NCBI GenBank assembly: GCA_963749125.1
Contig: CAVVLL010000006.1
Span: 27,409-91,408 of the forward strand
Length of the DNA stretch: 64,000 nucleotides
Source: an uncultured bacterium
GTDB taxonomy: Bacteria; 4484-113
Direction of reading: 5' to 3'
Shown one piece after another: positions 56,910-64,000 of this stretch; position 1 is the first letter of the stretch; each line of letters begins with the position of its first letter. The position numbers were made by a program, and so were the translations under genes. Below the pieces are notes generated by a model. The model was not told where the DNA came from. It did not search any database and saw nothing but the letters and a program-made list of their open reading frames with translations.

Positions 56910-58058
56910 CTAGCTCAAGTGCTTGATGAACACTTCTTGGGCGGCCTTGACGCCCTTGCCTAGTTCAACGGCTGCGCCAAACTTCGTCAGCGCCATTTCA
57001 AACGCCGCAATCGCCATGATGGTGTCAAAGTAATCCTGGTAGCCGATAGTGCCGATGCGAACCATCTTGTCTTTGTAATCGTCCTGGCCAGCTGCCATGA
57101 AGATGCCCCAGCTGTCGCGCATGAACTTCACGAGCTTGCTTGCGGCTACGCCCTCGGGCATGAGCACAGGGGTAAGGACGTTGCTGGGAAACTTCTCGCT
57201 CAAGCGCTTGAGGCCAAGCGCGGTGGCGGCGGCGCGAACTGCCTCGCCCTGGACTTCATGGCGCTTGTGAACTTCGGGGATGCCTTCGCCGATAAGCATG
57301 TCCAACGAGACGCGAAGCTGCTGGAACAGGCTGACGTTACTAGTCCAGGGGTGGGTTTTCTTTTCATCTTCCTTGAGCGCTTTCGCGAGGTCAAAGTAGA
57401 AGGTCGCCTTCTTGGTCTTCTCAACTTTCTCAATGGCGCGGGGGCTCAGGGCGATGAAGGCGATCCCCGGGGGCATCATGAATCCCTTCTGCGAGCCGCT
57501 CAGGACGACGTCAAGCTCCCACTCGTCCATCGGGCAGGGATGCGCCAGCAGGCCGCTGATGGCGTCCACGACGATGAACTTGCCGGCCTTGTGGGCGATA
57601 GCTGAGAGTTCTTTCACTGGGTTTAGGATGCCTGAGGAGGTCTCAGAGAGCTGCGTATAAACGCCGACGGCATCGGGAGCGTCAGCAAACGCCTTTTCAA
57701 GCTTGTCGGGGGTCGCCGCGTCGCTCCATTCATATTTCACTTCATGGACGTTGATGCCAAACGGCTTGGCGATCTTCGCCCAACGCTCGCCGAACTTACC
57801 GCCATTGAAAGCGATGATGGTCTCGCCGGGGGCGGCCAGGTTGCAGACGGCTGCTTCCATTGCGCCGGTGCCGGTGCTGTTCAAGGTGAGGACGCGCTGC
57901 TTGGTTTCAAAGACCTTCTGCAGGTTGAGGGCGCATTCCTCGTAGATGGCGTAGAACTGGTCGGTGCGGTGGTGCACCATGTCCTTGGCCCCGGCGAGCG
58001 CAACATCGCCTGGAACCATCGTCGGTCCGGGTGTAAACAGGTGGTACTTTTTCAACAT
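56910..58058 (-). CDS. Class V aminotransferase (alanine-glyoxylate/serine-pyruvate family)
   Basis: LFTPGPT, HHRT, GTGAMEAA, VDAISG, SGSQKGFMMPPG PLP lysine. Confidence 0.92.
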   Translation of the reverse strand: MLKKYHLFTPGPTMVPGDVALAGAKDMVHHRTDQFYAIYEECALNLQKVFETKQRVLTLNSTGTGAMEAAVCNLAAPGETIIAFNGGKFGERWAKIAKPFGINVHEVKYEWSDAATPDKLEKAFADAPDAVGVYTQLSETSSGILNPVKELSAIAHKAGKFIVVDAISGLLAHPCPMDEWELDVVLSGSQKGFMMPPGIAFIALSPRAIEKVEKTKKATFYFDLAKALKEDEKKTHPWTSNVSLFQQLRVSLDMLIGEGIPEVHKRHEVQGEAVRAAATALGLKRLSEKFPSNVLTPVLMPEGVAASKLVKFMRDSWGIFMAAGQDDYKDKMVRIGTIGYQDYFDTIMAIAAFEMALTKFGAAVELGKGVKAAQEVFIKHLS

Positions 58059-58214
58059 AACGTTTCCCCTTAAATTCAGTGTTCTTTGTTATCCCACCAT
58101 GACACCGGCTTCCGCGCGCGGACGTTCGCCGACAGAATTGATGGGCTATAAATGATATGCGAGAGGACGGATTTCTTCAAGTGGCTAGGGAGAACGAAGG
58201 ATGAATGGGCGAGC

Positions 58215-59615
58215 TTACTTGCCGAGGCAAAAGCTCCTGAACACCTCGTCAATGACAGCTTCGCGGTTCTCAGCCGAGAGTATACCTGCAAGTGCGCGCT
58301 GGGCTTCGTAAAGGTCAATGGCCGCTGCGTCAAGGGCGAGGCTGGCAAGGCAAGCCTCCCTGGCCTGCGCCAGCGAGTCCACAGCCTTTTGAACCAGCGA
58401 TGCTTGCCTGGCGGTCAGCAGGTAACGGATACCTGTATCGTGAGTATCCACGAGGCCCTTTAGAAAAGTATGCACTTCCTCCAAACCCTCATTATTCCTG
58501 AGGCTGACGGCTAAGCCACCAATTCGTGTGGCGGCGGCTTTGATGGCAGCGGCTTCGGTCTGATCCGAAACAGTATCCAGCTTGTTGATTACAGGGAAAC
58601 ACTTGATGCCCATCTCGCTTGCACGCGTGCGAAGCTCGGTCAGGCGCGGCGCAGGCTCCGGCTTCTCAGGTTGGAAATGGAACACTTCTTCCATCAATAT
58701 CAACGCGTCAGCCTCGGAGAGCAGCTTCCCGCTTCGCCCAACGCCCATCATCTCAACCAAATCGCGCGCTGGGCGCAACCCGGCGGTGTCCACGAGCGCC
58801 AGCATCATGCGATCTATGGCAAGCGGCTCTTCAAGGTAATCGCGCGTAGTGCCGGGCTCAGGCGCGGTTATTGCGCGTTCAAATCCCAGCAGCGCGTTGA
58901 ACAGAGTTGACTTGCCCACGTTCGGCGGACCGAGGATGACGACTTTGATGGCTTTGCAGAATTGCTGTCGCGCGGCGTAGAAATCTAGCAAGCCGGTAAG
59001 TTCAGTCGCCAGCTCTTCAAGCTCCGGTGCAATGTTCGCAGGCGCAGACTCGGCGAAGTCTCCCGGGTACTCATGCACTGCTTCTATCCGCGCGAGGATA
59101 CTCGTAAGCCGCGCGAGCCACGTTTGGACTTGCGCCGAGAAGCTGCCCAGCCTGTCTGAGAGCGTGAGGCGCAGCGCAATTTCATTGGAGGCGCAAATGC
59201 TTTCGTTGATCGCCTCAGCCTGCGCCAGGTCAATCTTGCCGTTCAAGTATGCGCGGTAAGTGAACTCGCCGGGATCGGCAGGCCGCGCGCCTGCGCCGCA
59301 CAAGCGCGACATAAGTTTCTCAACGAGCGACATGTTGCCAGGCAGCGAGAACTCCACCGTGTCGTCGCCTGAAAATGAGTGGGGCGCAGGGAAGCAGATG
59401 ACGATTGCGTCGCACGCCATATCATCGTCCAGGTTTACCGCGCTAAGGAAGTATCGGCCTGGAAGGCGCGAAGTGGCAGGCAGTGGCTCCGCGAGGACGC
59501 GGTTGGCGATGGCGTAGGCTTGAGTGCCCGACAGGCGCACGATTGCGAGGGCGGAGCACCCCGGGGGCGTCGCCGGCGCGCAAATTGTGTCGTCTGTGTC
59601 GTATGGCCTAGGCAT
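58215..59615 (-). CDS. mnmE: tRNA modification GTPase MnmE
   Basis: DTICAPATPPG..ALAIVRLSG, PHSFSGDD.VE, GEFTYRAYLNGKIDL.QAEA, GPPNVGKS, GTTRD, DTAG, NKLD, FCLGK. Confidence 0.96.
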   Translation of the reverse strand: MPRPYDTDDTICAPATPPGCSALAIVRLSGTQAYAIANRVLAEPLPATSRLPGRYFLSAVNLDDDMACDAIVICFPAPHSFSGDDTVEFSLPGNMSLVEKLMSRLCGAGARPADPGEFTYRAYLNGKIDLAQAEAINESICASNEIALRLTLSDRLGSFSAQVQTWLARLTSILARIEAVHEYPGDFAESAPANIAPELEELATELTGLLDFYAARQQFCKAIKVVILGPPNVGKSTLFNALLGFERAITAPEPGTTRDYLEEPLAIDRMMLALVDTAGLRPARDLVEMMGVGRSGKLLSEADALILMEEVFHFQPEKPEPAPRLTELRTRASEMGIKCFPVINKLDTVSDQTEAAAIKAAATRIGGLAVSLRNNEGLEEVHTFLKGLVDTHDTGIRYLLTARQASLVQKAVDSLAQAREACLASLALDAAAIDLYEAQRALAGILSAENREAVIDEVFRSFCLGK

Positions 59616-59654
59616 GAGGAGATTCTAGCAGGAGCAACGCAGTATAATAACTAC

Positions 59655-60062
59655 GTGAGCTATCAAGAGGATGATATTCCTCCGAATGCGCCACGATACA
59701 CGTGCGAGTATTGTGGACTGAAAACTGCAGTTGTTATCCCACGTAGATTCCATCGCGCGCGCGTAGTCGCACTAATCATAGAGGCGATACTTCTGTTTCC
59801 AGTAGCGGCCTTAGGAACTCTATTCATTGCGGCGCTTTGCCTTCCTCGTGGCCCAGGTGTTCTGCAAATCGTTCCTTTTGGCGCATTAGCAGCGAAAACA
59901 AGCGACGAAGCGCTGGAGGCGATTCCGACGGGATTCTATTATTACTTAGCTTTCTTCGCGTTAATCACCGTCGTTTCAGTATTATCAGTCTCCCAATCTC
60001 CTCCCTATAGCACTGCGAAGAGAATTCACTGTGTTCAATGCGGTTGGGAGAAGGATATCTAA
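59655..60062 (+). CDS. Small membrane protein with CxxC pairs flanking two TM helices
   Basis: TCEYCG ... two hydrophobic helices ... HCVQCG; GTG start 6 nt after TATAAT (track ORF 59379..60062). Confidence 0.65.
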   Translation: MSYQEDDIPPNAPRYTCEYCGLKTAVVIPRRFHRARVVALIIEAILLFPVAALGTLFIAALCLPRGPGVLQIVPFGALAAKTSDEALEAIPTGFYYYLAFFALITVVSVLSVSQSPPYSTAKRIHCVQCGWEKDI

Positions 60063-60073
60063 TATTTCTGAGG

Positions 60074-60991
60074 CTATTTCCTTATTTTCAGCCTAGGGTC
60101 AAGGATGTCGCGCAAGCCGTCGCCGAACAGGTTGAAGCCAAGGACGGTGAACGCAAGCGCTAAGCCGGGGAATACGCCCCACCAGGGCATATCCATTAGA
60201 TTTCCGCGCGCTTCGGCGAGCATGTTTCCCCATGACGGGGTGGGGGGCTGGATGCCGATGCCGAGGAAGGACAGGCCTGCTTCGCTGAGGATGTTCTCGG
60301 CGACAGCGAGCGTCCCGAGAACGATGATAGGCGCGAGGCAGTTGGGCAGGAGGTGGCGCAGGATAATGCGCAGGTGGCTGCACCCGATACTGCGCGCGGC
60401 CATCATGAATTCCTGTTCCTTGAGGGATAGAATCTGCCCGCGAATCACACGCGCGATGCCGGTCCAGCCGGTGAAGCCCAGCGCAATGAAGAGCGCCCAG
60501 AGGCCTGGCTGGCGGAAAGTCGCGAGGATGACGATGGCGAGCAGGATACTAGGGAAGGCGAAGAACGTGTCGGTCAGGCGCATCAGCGCGTTGTCAATCC
60601 AGCCGCCGAAGTAACCTGCAAGCGAGCCGATGATGATGCCGATGAGCAGCGAGATGAGCGTTGCGACAACGCCGACAAGCAAGGAAACCTGCGAGCCGTA
60701 GATGATGCGCGAGAGGATGTCGCGGCCGTGCCAGTCCGTTCCCAGCAAGAAGCGGGTGGGCATTATCTGCTTGCCTGTAACAGGGTCAATGAGCGGCTCG
60801 CCGTTATCACCAGTCGGGGCGGGATTGAGCCCAAGCTTCGGCGGCAACTTGGTGAACTGCTTGTATTGCTTGATAGGGCTGTGGGGCGAGAGGAGGGGCG
60901 CGACCAGGGCGGTGATGATGAATATCACGATGATTATCATCCCCGCGAAGGCGGTGCGGTGGCGGCGCAACTTTCCAAGGAACCAGCGCAT
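60074..60991 (-). CDS. oppC: Oligopeptide ABC transporter permease
   Basis: LLGTD..GRDILSR, EFMMAARSIG, HLLPN, LSFLGIG...PSWG. Confidence 0.93.
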   Translation of the reverse strand: MRWFLGKLRRHRTAFAGMIIIVIFIITALVAPLLSPHSPIKQYKQFTKLPPKLGLNPAPTGDNGEPLIDPVTGKQIMPTRFLLGTDWHGRDILSRIIYGSQVSLLVGVVATLISLLIGIIIGSLAGYFGGWIDNALMRLTDTFFAFPSILLAIVILATFRQPGLWALFIALGFTGWTGIARVIRGQILSLKEQEFMMAARSIGCSHLRIILRHLLPNCLAPIIVLGTLAVAENILSEAGLSFLGIGIQPPTPSWGNMLAEARGNLMDMPWWGVFPGLALAFTVLGFNLFGDGLRDILDPRLKIRK

Positions 60992-61935
60992 TACGTGTAT
61001 CTGATCCTCGGGTCAATCGCAGCGTAAAGCGCATCCACGATGAAGTTAACGATGACGAAGGTAAGGGCAAACAGCGTTACCGCGCCTAGGATGACTGGGA
61101 AGTCGCGCTGGGATATCGCGTCCACCATCGCCCTGCCAAGCCCCGGCCAGGAGAACACAGTCTCGGTAAGAACCGCGCCGGTGAGCAGCAAGGCAAACAT
61201 GTTGCCGATGACGGTGACGATGGGAATCATGGCGTTCTTCAGCGCATGGCGGAAGACGACCGCCTTGAAGCCCAAGCCTTTCGCTCGGGCAGTGCGGATG
61301 TAATCCTGGCCCATGACTTCCAGCATGGAGCTTCGCGTGATGCGCGCAATGATGGCCATTGGCACGCTTGCCAGCGTTATGGTCGGCAAGACGAGATGCT
61401 TGAGGTTTTGGAGGTTAGTCGCGCCGTATTCGGTCATTCCCGACACTGGGAAAAGGTGGAAGTAAGAACCGAAGACCAACTGAAGCATCAATCCCAGCCA
61501 GAAGACCGGGATGGATACGCCTGCGACGGCGAATATCATCACAGCGTAATCAAGCGATGACTGCGGCTTTACCGAGGCAAGTATGCCTGCGAGCATCCCG
61601 ACGAATACCGCAAGTATCATCGCGCTCAAGGACAGGTAGAGCGTGTTCTTGAACTTGTCGGCGAGAAGCGTCGTTACCGGCTGCCCCTTTATGTAGGAAA
61701 AGCCCATGTCGCCCTTGAGCATGTTACCAAGGAAGATTGTATATTGCACCAGCAAGGGCTTGTCCAGCCCAAGCTCCTGTCGCAGTTGCTGTGCTATGAC
61801 AGGGTCATAGCGCTGCCCCATGCGCACCTGCACGGGATCGCCGGGCGCGAGGTGGATAGCAGTGAACGTGATAATCGTGATGCCAAGCAGCACCGGGATA
61901 ATGGAAAGCAGCCGCTTGAGCAGGTAAAGAGACAT
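60991..61935 (-). CDS. oppB: Oligopeptide ABC transporter permease
   Basis: APGDP, GLDKPL..QY, DYIRTARAKGL, HALKNA, ETVFSWPGLG, RDFPVI. Confidence 0.94.
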   Translation of the reverse strand: MSLYLLKRLLSIIPVLLGITIITFTAIHLAPGDPVQVRMGQRYDPVIAQQLRQELGLDKPLLVQYTIFLGNMLKGDMGFSYIKGQPVTTLLADKFKNTLYLSLSAMILAVFVGMLAGILASVKPQSSLDYAVMIFAVAGVSIPVFWLGLMLQLVFGSYFHLFPVSGMTEYGATNLQNLKHLVLPTITLASVPMAIIARITRSSMLEVMGQDYIRTARAKGLGFKAVVFRHALKNAMIPIVTVIGNMFALLLTGAVLTETVFSWPGLGRAMVDAISQRDFPVILGAVTLFALTFVIVNFIVDALYAAIDPRIRYT

Positions 61936-61941
61936 CGGCGG

Positions 61942-63600
61942 CTAGCTGTCCCGTTCCAGCGTGACTGTTTCAAGTGGCGTGTTGTTAAGCTGCGGGGTGC
62001 GGTCCATCGTGGTGATGGACAGGCCTTTCACGTAAGGCTGCACCAGCGTTAGGTTCTTGCGCCAGTAGAGCGTCAGCCAAGGCGCGCTGGCTAGGGCGAT
62101 ATCTTCCGCCTTACCGTAAAGCTCGGCGCGCTTAGCTTGGTCAACAGTCACGCGAGCTTCGCGGACATACGTATCAAACTGCTTTTGCGAGAAGCGCGTG
62201 ATGTTCCCGGGTGCGCCGGCTTGAGTGCTTTCTAGCAGCACGAATAGCCAGTTGTCAGGGTCGGGGTAGTCGGCGAGCCAGGTGTTCTGGAAGAAGCTCG
62301 GCTCGCCAGCATAGACGCGCTCAAGGAAAGTAGCCCAGTCGCTGGGCTCAAGGTTCACCTTTATACCCAACTGGCGAAGGTCTTCCTGCACCGCGGCTGC
62401 GACTTGGCTTGAAAGCTGCTGTTGGTCAATGTTGAGCGTTACTTCGGGGAAGTTTCGCCCTTCCGGGTAGCCGGCCTTCGCGAGATAAGCCTTGGCTTTC
62501 TCCAAGTCATACGGGTAGCCGGGCGAAGTGTCTTTGAAGTAAAACGCGCCGGGCGGGCAGTAGTTGTTCTGGGCAGTCCCGCGCCCTTCAAGGATGTTTT
62601 TCACGATGGCTTCTTTGTCCACAGCGTGGTTAAACGCCAGGCGAACGAACTTGTTGTTGAAGGGCTTGCGTTCAACATTGAATCCGTAGCAGTACATATC
62701 CATGGCAGTATCGCCGCTTACCAGCGTCCGAAGTTCCGGCTTCTTGCTTATCTCAGCCATCTTCCCGAACGGGATATCGGAATGCTCCAAGTCGCCTGCC
62801 AGGAAAGACTGGTAGCGGGTGTTTTCGTTAGGGATGATCTTGAACACAACCGCGTCCAGCTTCACTTCACCGGCCCAATAGCTGCGGTTCGCCTTTAGGA
62901 TGATCTCAGTATCGTGCGCCCATGAAGCAAACACGAACGGTCCTGTGCCGACTGGATGCTGCGCGAAGCCCATCCAATCCTTCTCGATTTCTTCTTTGGG
63001 CACCGCAACGAAATCGCTCATACACAAGGCGCCGAGGAATGGCGTAAAACGTTCCTTTAGGCGGATGACGAAGGTAAAGTCGTCGGGCGCTTCAAAACCT
63101 GCGACGGTTGCTGCTTTCCCTTCAAAGAACTCTTGTGCGCCCTGCACTGAGAAGAGCATCTGTGCACGTTCCGACGGAAGATCGCCAGCTTTACTAGCCG
63201 CCTTCGCATCCAGTATGCGGGTGAAGCTGTAAAGGAAGTCCTTTGCGTTCACATCGCGCCCATTGTGGAACTTCACATGCGATCGCAAGTAGAACTTATA
63301 AGTCAGACCGTCAGGCGATACGTCCCACTTCTCGGCTAGGTCCGGCGAGATTTGAAGCTGCGGCGAAAAGCGAACCAGCCCATTGAATATGCGCCGTACT
63401 ACAGTATCCGAAACTGTGTCAGTAACGTGCATCGGGTCGAGCGTCAGCGGATCGGATGGCAGCGGAAAGCGGTATACAGCTTCCTTCAGCGGCTTTGCCG
63501 GAGCATCTGGATTTACTGCGACGTCAGATGCCGGCGGTTTGTTACAGCTACACAGGCACAAAGCCAACGCCATAAGCATGATTGCGATAAAGGTTCTCAA
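61942..63600 (-). CDS. oppA: Peptide ABC transporter substrate-binding lipoprotein
   Basis: Lipobox LCSC, TLDP, IFNGLV, PDLAEKW, GTGPF, W.ADYPDPDN; TTG start with GGGGTGG RBS. Confidence 0.92.
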   Translation of the reverse strand: MRTFIAIMLMALALCLCSCNKPPASDVAVNPDAPAKPLKEAVYRFPLPSDPLTLDPMHVTDTVSDTVVRRIFNGLVRFSPQLQISPDLAEKWDVSPDGLTYKFYLRSHVKFHNGRDVNAKDFLYSFTRILDAKAASKAGDLPSERAQMLFSVQGAQEFFEGKAATVAGFEAPDDFTFVIRLKERFTPFLGALCMSDFVAVPKEEIEKDWMGFAQHPVGTGPFVFASWAHDTEIILKANRSYWAGEVKLDAVVFKIIPNENTRYQSFLAGDLEHSDIPFGKMAEISKKPELRTLVSGDTAMDMYCYGFNVERKPFNNKFVRLAFNHAVDKEAIVKNILEGRGTAQNNYCPPGAFYFKDTSPGYPYDLEKAKAYLAKAGYPEGRNFPEVTLNIDQQQLSSQVAAAVQEDLRQLGIKVNLEPSDWATFLERVYAGEPSFFQNTWLADYPDPDNWLFVLLESTQAGAPGNITRFSQKQFDTYVREARVTVDQAKRAELYGKAEDIALASAPWLTLYWRKNLTLVQPYVKGLSITTMDRTPQLNNTPLETVTLERDS

Positions 63601-63621
63601 AGCCGTCCACCCCCTGCGGAA

Positions 63622-64000
63622 TTACTTCGCAACATTTTCAATGATGCGTACCTTCGACATGTCGTTGTTAGGGAAGCTTGCGTCCACGTCCATTCCCGAA
63701 AGTTCAATGCCCTGGACTTCCGGCTTTATCAGCACATTCGCCGTTTGTGCGAAAAGGAATATCCACGGCGCATCGTCAATCGCGATTTGTTCGGCTTGCC
63801 AATAGAGGAGCTTGCGCTTCTCCTTATCAAACTCAACGCGCGCTTTTTCAACAAGCTCATCAAACTTCGGGTTTTTGTAGCGCGCCCAGTTGTCCTGCCA
63901 TCCCGCATTTTCGCTGGCCAGCAGCTGCCAGAGGAATGTGTCGGGATCGGGATAATCAGCAACCCAACCGCAGCGCCCAATCATGAACTCCCCGCCGCGC
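63622..64000 (-). CDS. Second peptide ABC substrate-binding protein, C-terminal part (runs off the window)
   Basis: GWVADYPDPDTF, RYKNPKFDELV..AR, AEQIAIDDAPWIFL. Confidence 0.85.
   Translation of the reverse strand, partial: RGGEFMIGRCGWVADYPDPDTFLWQLLASENAGWQDNWARYKNPKFDELVEKARVEFDKEKRKLLYWQAEQIAIDDAPWIFLFAQTANVLIKPEVQGIELSGMDVDASFPNNDMSKVRIIENVAK

Noticed and set aside
63600-63622. Frameshift splitting one long OppA gene
   Set aside because: The downstream gene has its own RBS, TTG start and lipobox, and both ORFs contain the same C-terminal ADYPDPD motif, so they are tandem paralogs.

Overview
Gene-dense chromosomal window of a diderm (lpxC), probably anaerobic bacterium (2-oxoacid:ferredoxin oxidoreductase operon, double-cubane-type reductase and its activase). 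Most genes are housekeeping: panBCD and a broken panE, hpf, lipB/lpdA, rph-murI-smpB, nadK-recN, pyrK-tsaE-tsaB-pyrF, dinG, mtaB, pgm/NDP-sugar synthase/pfkB, aminotransferase-serA-DUF1015, mnmE and an Opp transporter. No transposase, integrase, rRNA, tRNA or CRISPR array was found. At least eight genes are interrupted by single-base indels or stops, most likely long-read consensus errors. Main unexplained signals: (1) a ~330-nt end-paired structured RNA candidate between convergent genes (28783-29119); (2) a class II photolyase ORF sitting almost exactly between two ~139-bp diverged direct repeats that copy a neighbour's leaderless promoter and first codons; (3) a structured leader in front of panBCD; (4) a LysR-box plus RBS-sequestering hairpin in front of the double-cubane reductase operon; (5) a cohesin+dockerin lipoprotein linked to a membrane FHA protein; (6) a coupled GGDEF / tandem HD-GYP / unknown-protein operon; (7) pervasive leaderless promoters. 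All family assignments come from motif recognition by eye, not database searches.
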